64,000 nucleotides of DNA. It comes from the human T2T-CHM13v2.0 reference genome, Homo sapiens. The notes under the pieces are model-generated. The model was not told where the DNA came from and did no database searches. It was given only the letters and a program-made list of their open reading frames with translations. The stretch lies in the NCBI RefSeq assembly GCF_009914755.1, contig NC_060929.1. One strand, written 5' to 3'. Below, piece after piece: positions 44,684-57,224 of the stretch. The stretch's first letter is position 1; every line of letters starts with the position of its first letter. Made by a program: the position numbers and the translations under genes.

Positions 44684-45700
44684 TTACATTTTGGCATGAT
44701 TTTGCAGCGGCTCGTACCGGTTGTTCCTTTCCATGTTTAGCACTTCCTTCAGGAACTCTTTTAGGGCAGGCCTGGTGGTGACAAAATCTCTCAGCATTTG
44801 CTTGTCTGTAAAGTATTTTATTTCTCCTTCACTTATGAAGCTTAGTTTGGCTGGATATGAAATTCTGGGTTGAAAATTCTTTTCTTTAAGAATGTTGAAT
44901 ATTGGCCCCCACTCTCTTCTGGCTTGTAGGGTTTCTGCCGAGAGATCCGCTGTTAGTCTGATGGGCTTCCCTTTGAGGGTAACCCGACCTTTCTCTCTGG
45001 CTGCCCTTAACATTTTTTCCTTCATTTCAACTTTGGTGAATCTGACAATTATGTGTCTTGGAGTTGCTCTTCTCGAGGAGTATCTTTGTGGTGTTCTCTG
45101 TATTTCCTGAATCTGAATGTTGGCCTGCCTTGCTAGATTGGGGAAGTTCTCCTGGATAATATCCTGCAGAGTGTTTTCCAACTTGGTTCCATTCTCCCCG
45201 TCACTTTCAGGTACACCAATCAGATGTAGATTTGGTCTTTTCACATAGTCCCATATTTCTTGGAGGCTTTGCTCATTTCTTTTTATTCTTTTTTCTCTAA
45301 ACTTCCCTTCTCGCTTCATTTCATTCATTTCATCTTCCATCACTGATACCCTTTCTTCCAGTTGATTGCATTGGCTCCTGAGGCTTCTGCATTCTTCACG
45401 TAGTTCTCAAGCCTTGGTTTTCAGCTCCATCAGCTCCTTTAAGCACTTCTCTGTATTGGTTATTCTAGTTATACATTCTTCTAAATTTTTTTCAAAGTTT
45501 TCAACTTCTTTGCCTTTGGTTTGAATGTCCTCCCGTAGCACAGAGTAATTTGATCGTCTGAAGCCTTCTTCTCTCAGCTCGTCAAAGTCGTTCTCCATCC
45601 AGCTTTGTTCCGTTGCTGGTGAGGAACTGCGTTCCTTTGGAGGAGGAGAGGCGCTCTGCTTTTTAGAGTTTCCAGTTTTTCTATTCTGTTTTTTCCCCAT
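44684..45700 (-). pseudogene. L1 ORF1p, single in-frame stop at codon 98
   Basis: MGKKQNRKTGNSK... The 97-aa and 219-aa ORFs are in frame and span 1017 bp. TGA at 45407-45409 where the consensus has CGA. Confidence 0.95.
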
Positions 45701-46607
45701 CTTTGTGGTTTTATCTACTTTTGGTCTTTGATGATGGTGATGTACAGATGGGTTTTTGGTGTGGATGTCCTTTCTGTTTGTTAGTTTTCCTTCTAACAGA
45801 TAGGACCCTCAGCTGCAGGGCTGTTGGAGTACCCTGCCGTGTGAGGTGTCAGTGTGCCCCTGCTGGGGGGTGCCTCCCAGTGAGGCTGCTCAGGGGTCAG
45901 GGGTCAGGTACCCACTTGAGGAGGCAGTCTGCCCATTCTCAGATCTCCAGCTGACTACTGGGAGAACCACTGCTCTCTTCAAAGCTGTCAGACAGAGACA
46001 TTTAAGTCTGCAGAGGTTACTGCTGTCTTTTTGTTTGTCTGTGCCCTGCCCCCAGACGTGGAGCCTACAGAGGCAGGCAGGCCTCCTTGAGCTGTGGTGG
46101 GCTCCACCCAGTTCGAGCTTCCCGGCTGCTTTGTTTACCTAAGCAAGCCTGGGCAATGGTGGGCGCCCCTCCCCCAGCCTCGCTGCCACCTTGCAGTTTG
46201 ATCTCAGACTGCTGTGCTAGCAATCAGCGAGACTCCGTGGGCGTAGGACCCTCCGAGCCAGGTGCGGGATATAATCTCGTGGTGCGCCGTTTTTTAAGCC
46301 CGTCGGAAAAGCGCAGTATTCGGGTGGGAGTGACCCGATTTTCCAGGTGCCGTCCGTCACCCCTTTCTTTGACTAGGAATGGGAACTCCCTGACCCCTTG
46401 CGCTTCCCGAGTGAGGCAATGCCTCACCCTGCTTCGGCTCGCGCACAGTGCGCGCACCCACTGACCTGCGCCCACTGTCTGGCACTCCCTAGTAAGATGA
46501 ACCCAGTACCTCAGATGGAAATGCAGAAATCACCCGTCTTCTGCGTCGCTCACGCTGGGAGCTGTAGACCGGAGCTGTTCCTATTCGGCCATCTTGGCTC
46601 CTCCCCC
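45701..46607 (-). promoter_or_regulatory. L1 5'UTR internal sense and antisense promoter (CpG-rich)
   Basis: YY1 site (CGGCCATCTTG, ~46586-46596) intact; many CpGs retained in 46230-46590. Confidence 0.8.
46156..46464 (+). CDS. L1 antisense ORF0 (open, 102 aa)
   Basis: MVGAPPPASLPPCSLISDCCASNQRDSVGVGPSEPG matches the primate L1 ORF0 N-terminus; expression is unknown. Confidence 0.6.
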   Translation: MVGAPPPASLPPCSLISDCCASNQRDSVGVGPSEPGAGYNLVVRRFLSPSEKRSIRVGVTRFSRCRPSPLSLTRNGNSLTPCASRVRQCLTLLRLAHSARTH

Positions 46608-46767
46608 GACTGATGTCCTTCTTATAGGAATGAGAACCATTTCTTGATTTAGAGCCTCAGGCATTGAATTTGCTGCTGAGTGTTGCTTTTTGGATTGCTT
46701 GGGCAAGTTGCATAACCTTCCCAGTTCTTGATTTCCTGGAGTTGATAATGACTGTTTTGCCTTTTTT

Positions 46768-46813
46768 GTGTGTGTGGTGTGTGTGTGTGTGTGTGTGTGT
46801 TTGTGTGTGTGTG
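46768..46813. repeat. Interrupted (TG)n microsatellite inside a MIR
   Basis: TG runs within the MIR that flanks the L1 5' end. Confidence 0.9.
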
Positions 46814-47647
46814 AAAATTAAATGAGGTTAGTGTACATGAGAGAGCCTTGTAAAACATCAAACAGTCTACCGATGTGAGTTGTCATGATTTTAGGTGAAT
46901 TATTCTGTCTTCTACATCGGGGAATTAAGGGACAAAGACTCAGAAATAGACATCTCTAGTGACCCCTCCATACACAGAAGTTTTGGGTAAGTTTTATGTT
47001 AGCCATCTAATCTCTTCTGAAAAGGGTAATGGGGCCAGCCACTTTCAAGATGGTGAATAACTCAGCTAAAAGTGTCAAATGGAAGAAGAAACAGGTCAAT
47101 GAAGACGCCTGACTCTAGGGAAGGTTGTAGAGTAGAATTTGAGGAAACGTTTATAATTCATTTCAAAAATGACAAGCAAGAGGACAGATCCAAACAAATC
47201 ATTACACAGGTAAAATCACATTTCCCCTCTGGACACTGTTCTTTTCTCTCCATTTTCCTGTATCCTTCATGGCCCGTTTTCCACAGCGTTTAAGCTGCCC
47301 AAGTAACCCAAGTCCCACCACTCTGATTCCAGCCATCCAGTTGCTCCCAAGCCTGCCGCCTTTCCTTCCCCTGCTCTTTAGAATGGAGGACTCTGTAGAG
47401 GCAGATCTTTTATTGACAGAGAACTCACTTCCTTATTAGAAGGCAGGCTGTTCATTCAGGAAAGCCCTTGTTATTAGAATGTTTTTCCTGAAAGCCACTT
47501 AAAATCTGCTTCCCTGTGCCTTCTCCTCCTAAGTCCTGGGTCACCCTCTGAGGTCCTCAGAAGCACCCTAACTCCTCTTCCAAGACACAGCTTTTCAGGT
47601 ATCTGAGGTTCGGTCCCTATCCTACTGCGCAAACCCCAACACACTCA

Positions 47648-48082
<435 letters not shown>

Positions 48083-48186
48083 TTAATCCTGCTTCTGTAC
48101 ACAGTACGTGCTTTCTTTCCACTCTAAGAATTCATGACCTTCTTCAGTCATGAAGTCTTAAAAACTCTTTTTTAATTTTTATTTAA

Positions 48187-48644
<458 letters not shown>

Positions 48645-48830
48645 CAGTTCTTAAAAATGTTTAGCCATCTCTTCTTCAAGTATCATCAGCCTAACTTTCA
48701 GTTTTCTTAACAGCGCTTTTATCTTTCTCTCTTTATTTCTCTGAGCTGTGAAATTCATTAGAACTGTCTTTCAATTCATAATTTCTCTCTTTGATGATGA
48801 CTAATGTAGTGTTTACCTAATATTGTTTTC

Positions 48831-48879
48831 TTTAATTCTATGTATGTATTTTAATTCCATGTATGTATTTTAATTCCAT
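48831..48879. repeat. 19-bp tandem repeat, ~2.6 copies
   Basis: Unit TTTAATTC[T/C]ATGTATGTAT. Confidence 0.9.
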
Positions 48880-51609
48880 ACTTCTCTTTAGAAGCTGAAC
48901 TCTAGTCTGCCTCTCCTGCTCCAAGATTTGGCTTCTTGTTCTGGATTACTTTCCCTTTCTTTGTTTTCTTTCTTTCTTTTTTTCAATTTACCCAAAATAG
49001 TACTTCAGAACCTTTCTATTAAATTTCTATTGCACAGAAATCGCCATCTTAATGTACTGCTCTTCCTTTTTTCCCTTTTTTATATTTTAATTAGCATGAT
49101 TACATTTTCAGAATATAGTTATGTTTTCTCAAAATGGAAGCTTAACTCTGTCTTGACTCTGTCCCTACTGTCCTTGAACTGCCCTCATGTGCCTGATCTC
49201 CTGAGCTTTCCTTAGCAGTATTGCTGTCTGTGATACCCAGAACTGAATGCAGAGGACTCTAGCAGGTGTCCTGAAGGCCAGTCTTAGGGACAGAGAGCAC
49301 TGAGCAAACAGGACTTCTAACAACACATGTTCTTTTATGGAAACATCTATAAGAGGATAAAAGGCAGACACCAAAGAAGTTTCCTTGAAGCAATTAATGG
49401 GTGGGCCTAACCTGTGTAGGGGTTGAGGTCGTCTGTAAGGGCTGCAGTAAACAGCCTCTGATAAACAATACTTCTTGATCCAGGTGAGATCAGGCCAAAT
49501 TCCAGGTAAGAAGCCTCCAAGGGGAAAAGAAATCATCAAAGGCCAGGCTGGGGGCCTTTGTAGAAATAGGAGAGCCATCCATGCTTTGGCATTAGAGATA
49601 AGAGTGGTTCAAAAAAGTCAAATGAAACACATCCATATGGACCTCAGGTGCTTCCTGACACCACATTAATCACCTTCCTTGTGTTTACTGTTACTCCATG
49701 ATGGTCTGACTATAGGTGAGGTTGGCTGGAGAGCAATTGCAGAGAGGAAGTAAACCTCTATTTACAGACTGTAAGAGTTCTCCCTGTTTACAGCAGAGAA
49801 TGCGCTTGATAGGAAAAAGTAATCATAGGTCATTATGATTATTCTTCGGTTTGTCAAAACATCCCATCTGGTAGAAGAGCATGAAGTGCCAACAATTATT
49901 AGCCTTTTTCAAAATTGTGTGTGGAGTTGTCTGCTGAAAACCGTATATGAGTTCTGAATTCCAGGCTTTAGAATCTCAGCTTTATCACCTACTAGCTGTG
50001 TGATGGTAGGGTGGTTTCTTAACTTCTCTGAGATTCAACTTTTACTAAATCATACCTATTTTATTTTAAATGAGGATGAAATTAAATATTGCATATAAAG
50101 GGCATAGATTAAGCTCAATAAACATTCATATGCCCTCTCCTTTGATCAGGTGTCATTTGACAGAGCTAGGGGTGAGGAAGAAAGGAAGAAGGTGAAAAAA
50201 ATAGAAGAATTTGTTTAAAAACGGGAGGAATTGTTAAGGACTGTTGCAAAAGGAACTAAAGCCACTTTGGCCATTAGCAGTTGATGGAATCTAGTGATAA
50301 ATGTCAGTTGCACCCAACAATTAGAGGTGGGTGGAACTGCATATCTTCTTCCCCCACAACCTGGCTACTTGTTGGTAACAAGGAAAGCAAGTCTCAGACC
50401 CAATTCTATCTTATTCTACCCCATTCTAACATTGACCAGCAGTCAGGTCCCCAAACAATACAAGCTGATTCTGTAATCTTAGAGTGTCCTACTCTCAGTC
50501 ATTTAAGGCAATCTGATAAGTCTGGTGCATGAAAAACTTACACTAAGGCATATGCATCAAACATTCTGACAGCAGAGTCAGTGCCCACATCCTTCACCAT
50601 GCATGAGGTACAAAGAATAAATGAACTCCCAGGCCTGGAGCACCTATCTGAAGGTAGTAGGTTGCTGGGCTCACCAGATTCTTATACTCCTTTCATGCCA
50701 GGACAGACGTGTCTTTACAAATTTTCTAGCCAGTCATTTAGAGTGAACACCACTTATTTCACCAACAAAAAAATGTTTTACCATTCTTTATGCTAATTAA
50801 CCAACTTTCAGATACAGGCTTAGAATTGAGAGAGCTGAAGTATTTTCTATTTCTTCCTCTATGGCATACATTCCTGAATGAAGGTCTTTCAGTGTTCACT
50901 AATGTAGATTACAGTTAACTTGCATTCACATATATACATCACACAATCAACACTGAAGTATTTGAAGGGAAATTACAGGCACTATAACAAGACTGGCAGA
51001 AGACTGGAAAGGACTATATTATTTTTAAGTGAAAGCTGAAGAAAAATGGGAAATTGCAGTCACTTGTTTAGACAGGAACAGACAGTACTCCCTCAGATCT
51101 GAATGATTTCCATCTCATGGCTTGTTTATTATAATCCTGTTTTTTGGCCAGGAAATGACTTAGTTCCCACTCAAATTTGCTCATTCTACCACCATTCCCC
51201 TCAGTCTGCAAGAGACAGTTCTGATACAAAAAAATTCCCCAATAGACTTGAAGCTTCAGAGCTAGCGTAAAGACCATGAAATTATATACCTACATCTGCA
51301 TGTCTTTCAAATTCTAGTTTGCTAAGTACACTTGGATAGCTAACATTCCACCTTAGGTAACACTTTTCTCAGCCTCTACTCTCCCTCTAACTTTCCCCAT
51401 TAGCTTGGCAGAAAGACCTTGGGCTTCATCTGTAGGTGGATTTTGAATAAAGCATGGGGGTGTTGGGATTGGGAAGCCAGCACGCACTCTGAACCTCTCA
51501 GTATAGCCAAAGGTGATGGAGACACTAGTAGATGTAGACGTCACTCTCCCTCCATTGCATAGTCAAACACCTGCATTTAATTATTTTCATTTAGCTGCCG
51601 ATTATGAAA

Positions 51610-51815
51610 AACCACACTAGGTTAGGAGCCAAACGCCCGGATTCAAGCTCCAGTTCTGTCATTCACAGCTGGGTGTGTTTGGCTAAATCCCCCAAGGCTT
51701 CTCAAGCCCAATTTCCTAATCTGTCAAATGGGGCTAGTGAGTCCACCCTGCCTCACAGGGTAGTCATTGGATTGAATGGCAGATCTGGCAGATTTTGCTT
51801 TGTAAATTATAAAGG
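51610..51815 (+). mobile_element. MIR
   Basis: GGAGCCAAACGCCCGGATTCAAGCTCCAGTTCTGTCA...TTTCCTAATCTGTCAAATGGGG. Confidence 0.7.
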
Positions 51816-52339
51816 GATTTATGGGTACAAAGAAACATTTGTATCAATTATGTATATACACTCAATTATTTCTTGCGAACATACTTTTTCAAGTAGATTT
51901 TAAGATTCTAGAAAGGAAGACTACAAGCTATGTACTTCGCAGTAACTAACACTGCCATGCACCTACTGGTACTTAATGTATAAGTGAAATAATGAGAATC
52001 TTTATTCTGAAAAGAAGGCAGAGACTTGGCTTAATATCATATGGTATGCCTAGGAAAAACATTCAACATCATTATTCACCAAAAAGTTATCGAAGACCTA
52101 TTGCATTTAAAAGTTCTGTGTAAGGCCTTGAACATAGGATAAGTAAGATGTGCCTCTGCCTTCAGAAAATTAAGTGGAATAAACGACTAAAAGAGGTAAG
52201 AGGAAAGTCCATACTAAACACAAAGAAAAGGTTGCCAACTCACCCCATAAAGTGTTGGGGGTGGACATGAGGAGAGGAAGGAAGAGCTTCATACAGAAGG
52301 TGACACATGAACTGAGTCTTGAAAGATGAAAGAGTACTA

Positions 52340-52642
52340 GGTCTAAATGTTTAGCTTTCAACAAAAACTTATAGGTTGAAACCAAATCCCTATGTAATGG
52401 TAGGCATTTTGGGATGTGACTGAGTCATGGGGGTAGAGACCCCATGAATGGAATTAATGCACTTATAAAAGAGGCCCGTTTACCCTTCCCCCATGTAAGG
52501 ATGCAGTGGGAAGTTGCCACCCAGTCTATGAGAAAGTGGATTCTTACCAAACCCTGCAGGCACCTTGATCTTGGACTTCCCAGCCTTCAGAACCTTGAGG
52601 AATAAATTTCTGTTATAACAGCAGCCCAAACAGACTTAGACA
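52340..52642 (+). mobile_element. MST/MLT1A-type MaLR LTR
   Basis: CATGAATGGAATTAATGCACTTATAAAAGAGGCC...CACCTTGATCTTGGACTTCCCAGCC...AATAAATTTCTGTT...GACTTAGACA. Confidence 0.85.
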
Positions 52643-52666
52643 GAGGGCATTTAACACCAAGGCATC

Positions 52667-52907
52667 ATGTTCTCACTCATAAGTAGGAGCTGAACAGTGT
52701 GAACACACGGACACACAGGGAGGGGAACATCACACACCGGGGCCTGTTGGGGGTGGGGGGCTGGGGGAGGGATAGCATTAGGAGAAATACCTAATGTAGA
52801 TGACGGGTTGATGGGTGCAGCAAACCACCATGGCACGTGTATACCTATGTGACAAACCTCCACGTTCTGCACATGTACCCCAGAACTTAAAGTATAAAAA
52901 AAAAAAA
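52667..52907 (+). mobile_element. L1PA7-like 3' fragment
   Basis: GGAGAAATACCTAATGTAGATGACGGGTTGATGGGTGCAGC. TSD AACAC[C/T]AAGGCATC at 52653-52666 and 52908-52921. Confidence 0.92.
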
Positions 52908-53609
52908 AACACTAAGGCATCCAGAGGGCAAGGGCACTCTGTTCAAGAGGAATAATTTGAGCACAAAAGAAACAGAGTGAGGTCAAAGGGTTACCAGTCA
53001 TTTGTACGGCCAATGAGTAGGGAGCAAGGCAGGGGTGTGGTCTGAAAGAGGTGAAACTAGAAAAGAAAATCTTTTCCCACTCTTAGTTTCTAAGAAAGGA
53101 GATTTTTCCTACTCACACTCCTGACTTTCCTGCCCTTTATTTTCTCCATGCTTGAGGAGGTGCAGTGGCTTCTGCCTGGCAAACTGGGAAAGAGTAGACG
53201 GGCATGTTCTGCTCAGCCCCATCCTCCTTCTTTCTCTTGGGCCGGGGAACATCTGCCACATGGAAGCCTCTGCTCCTCGGTACCCTAGTCCATATGCCTA
53301 GGACAGCAGGTGACTCTGCCTAATTTAGGGAGTCAAGTAACCAGCCCATTTGGCTCTCATTCTAAGTTGTGTTCTCCAATTTAGCCTGGATCTGTAATAA
53401 AGTTGATGTTGTGGCCCAGTTGTCACCCTTTGTTTTATTTTGCCATTCATTCAGAGCCCATGTGTATTGGGTGCCCCCCAGGTAGATCAAGGCCGGAATA
53501 TGGAGAGCTTGGAATGTTCTGCCCAGGAGTCCAGAATCACGTGGCACAAAAAGTCTCTACCATGATGAGCATAAGATGAGATGCCTGCAAAAGGAAATAA
53601 TACCGGCAG

Positions 53610-54110
53610 ACTTAGTAGAAAGAGCATGGACTTGGGTTTCAGGAGAACCAGGAGCCAGTCCTAGCTCTGCCACTAACCAACTGCATGACTTTGGGCTAGT
53701 CACTTAAACTTTCCAGCCTTTTCTCCTCCCCTGTATGGTGAGTTGGGTTATCGAAATCGCTAAGGGCCGTCTCAAATTATATAAACTTTTAAAAAAAGAG
53801 GATTTCCTAACAGGAGGAAGTTTTGACACAAGGGTACATTGAACACTGGGACAGATTGTGGAATTTCTTTCCTTAAAGATGTGGAAGAAGCAGCTGGTTT
53901 AGGATCCCATGTAGATGAGCAATTTAACATGTGTGTATGTCAGGTACTCTATTATGAGCATATTGCACTATCTCATTTCATCCTCATGCAAACCCATGAA
54001 ACAGACAATGTTATCATTCAAATTTTACCAAGAAAGAAACTGAGGCTCAGAGGAGTTAAATAACTTGTCCAGAGCCTACAAATAATAAGCGCCACTACTA
54101 GGTTTTAAAC
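53610..54110. mobile_element. Two MIR remnants (+ at ~53610-53770, - at ~53915-54110)
   Basis: GTAGAAAGAGCATGGACTT...CTCTGCCACTAAC and GAAACTGAGGCTCAGAGGAGTTAAATAACTTGTCC. Confidence 0.7.
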
Positions 54111-55148
54111 ATGGGCAGTCTGGCACCACAGCAGCACTCACTAGCACTACACTGCACCACCTTGTGCGTAGGGGCAGATCTGGGTCCTCTCCCAAGAGCG
54201 CATCGTGATCCATGGTGTCTCTGGAGGGACCCGTTTGCAGCTTCTCAGACACGTGCAAAAGGCAGGTGCTTGGCTAGTGTGAGAAACCAAACTCTTTTGG
54301 CTCTCTCTTAGCTCTGTGCCCTACGTTTTGACATTCAGGGGTGAGAAGCATTTGTTTGGCAATTAATAATACAGTGCCTTGTGACATCTCTTGTTTTGAT
54401 GTCTTTATTGTTTTCCAGTTTCTATGTGCTTATGATTTTTCTCTTTCCTTAATATTGATTGTATATTGATCATATGTCAGGCACCGTTCTACATGCTTTA
54501 AGTATGTTATTTCACTTAATACTCACAATAACACTTCAGGGTAGGTACTATTATTATTCCCAATTTACAGCTGAGAAAACTAAGGTACAGAGGGAAAGAT
54601 ACTATTATACTGCCTGTAGGACAATGACATTGACAGCATATACTAGACCTTCAATAAACATTTGCAAATGGATTGATTGAGTCAAGGGTCATATATTTCA
54701 AGGATTCCCTTTGCCCAGGTCCTTCCATAGTCTTCTATTTATTCTCTGCTTACCCCAGTTTTTACTATGTTTCCTTTACAGACTGTGTCTAAGATGCCAA
54801 TTGAAGACTGGAACAGCCATATGAGTGTGGGGTATTCCTGGAAACCTGTTCTAGTAGGCACTGGAGAAGACACAGGAACCTCTCAATACAGAATAGACAC
54901 ACTTTGCACTCAGTAATAATGCACTAATTGACGAATATATTGACGGAGTGTTGGTTTGCTTCACAATCTGCTGGTAAACATATTCATTTTTGGGTGAATT
55001 TCAGGCCTTATAGGTAAAATCTGTTTTTGCTTTTTCCATTTTTTTTCAATCCTCTAATTTTTGGCTTTCTTTGCTACTTAGAAGCAGAAGTGGAAGAAAC
55101 TAAAATCAGCAGAATGAGGGCTGCATGCAGGTAGACACACTTTTCTGA

Positions 55149-55149
<1 letters not shown>

Positions 55150-55182
<33 letters not shown>
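55150..55182. repeat. (TG)n microsatellite
   Basis: Pure TG run. Confidence 0.95.
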
Positions 55183-55184
<2 letters not shown>

Positions 55185-56294
55185 ATACATACATAGTTCT
55201 TAGGTTGGAGAAAAATACCTTTCCCCTCTACCTCTTGGATATTGTATGAACTGTATCTCAATTCCAAAGCCACAATTCCCATTTTTCCTTTGGGATCTGA
55301 CAAGAATTTCGTCTTCTGCAGTGGGAATGCATCCACTGTGGACATGCCAGTCTACCCTAGCATTACACTTTGTAAACCAACACGATCTGACTGTAGCTGG
55401 GACAACAACCTATAGTGACAATAGTGGCAACTTACACTAATTAGGACTAGAGAGATTTTCAAACTGATGTCCATTCATCCTACGCCCAGCACCTCTTGTA
55501 TCCTGGCATATAAGCACCTCTTCTATTAGCAATTTAACATGTATGTATGAGCTTGTATCAAAGGACACAGGCACCTCTTGTATCCCTTGTGGACAAACTC
55601 CTTAGTTTTTAATTTAAAACATTAAGCAAGAATTAACACAATAGGCTTTTTGCCTCTTCATTGCCAATCTTCTTCAGTGAACACTCTGCTCCAAGTTGTA
55701 GTTAAAGAAATCTCAAATTCAATCTTGGGCATATTTCCTTTGGCTTCACTTGTGACACGTCTCTAAATAAATATCAGCATTTTGCAACTTTGAAAAATAT
55801 CAGGAATGCACATTTCTCCATAAAACCCAGGAAATTCTAAGTATTAGAGCATGAGCCATAACTCCATGACCCTTTATGTGGAGGATTAGTGGGCATGGCC
55901 TCCCTCCAGCACATGCTTAGGTCTCTCCATATCGGGTGGTACACATGGCCATCTGGATAGAAGCAACATCGGCTTAGCAGCAACTGCTGTGAGAACTCTG
56001 AATTTCAACTCTCTGATGGGAGACTCACATTTTTAAACAGTACATTGCCCTGGAAGGTACACTCATGCCACCTGCACTGGCTGGTATGAAGGAAACATGG
56101 GTACATTGAATGCACTAAGGAAAGGTGATCCTCGCCCACACAGTCTTGTGGCACAAGTGGGAGCTATGTTAGAAATTTTTCAAGAATGCGGTTCACAGTG
56201 GTGAGATCTGGTCAGGCAATCTATGTCTTTCCTGGGATAGAGCGTAAATACAGTCCACCCATGGTAAAAATCAGAGGCAGGCAAAAAATAATGA

Positions 56295-57130
56295 GGAAGC
56301 CATTCACAGAAGAGGAAGCACAAATAGCTACTGAACATAAGACAAAATGAACAATCACAGTGGTTATCAGGGAAATTATAGGGAAAACTGCAATAGGTTA
56401 CCATTTTATGCCAAAATGTATGAATGGGCATTACATGTCTGATACTACCAAGTGATGGTGTGGATATTGAATAACAGGAGATCTTATGCCCTGCTGGTGG
56501 GAGTACACATTGGTTCAATTACTTTAGAGAAAAATTTGGCATTATTTAGTCAAGGTGCAAATGCACATTTGCTATCCTCCTGGTAGTTTTCTATTAGAGC
56601 AAATCCCACACAAGCGCTCAGGGAGATATATACATGGATATTTGGAGAAAGATTGTTAAAACAAAACAATGAAAACAACCTGATGTTCATCAACAATGCA
56701 TACCGAAACTGCGGCACCTTCATATAATTAAGTGTTACAACGGGGGTGGGGGTAAAGCGAGGGGAAATGAACAACTGCTACGTGCATCAACAAGGATGAA
56801 GCTCACAAAATGTTAGAAAAAAATCTACTTGTAGACTAATAAATACAATATTTTATTTCTAATATGAAGCTTAAAAGTAAACAAAATATATATTTCTCTT
56901 ACACATGCACACATATATATAATAAAAAGCATAAATATATGTATGAGAATAAAAAATACAAAATTCAGAACAGTGAGTTCTTCTGGAACAGAGAGCACAC
57001 TTGGGGAAGGATACACAGAAAGTTATCTACTGCACTGATGACTTCTATTTCTTAAGCTAGGTGGGCATTGATTGTATTCTTCTTTATATCATTTTGTATG
57101 TCTTAAATATTTTATAATACATTTTAAAAT
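56295..57130 (+). mobile_element. Old L1M (L1ME-like) 3' fragment
   Basis: CCATTCACAGAAGAGGAAGCACAAATAGC...GCTGGTGGGAGTACACATTGGTTCAATTACTTT...TTTCTTAAGCTAGGTGG. Confidence 0.7.
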
Positions 57131-57224
57131 GTTATTTTGAGGAGTCAAAGAATTTCAGAGCTACAAAGACCTTAGAAATCATCTAGTTCAACAACCTCGT
57201 TTTAAACACAATGACAAATAACTA

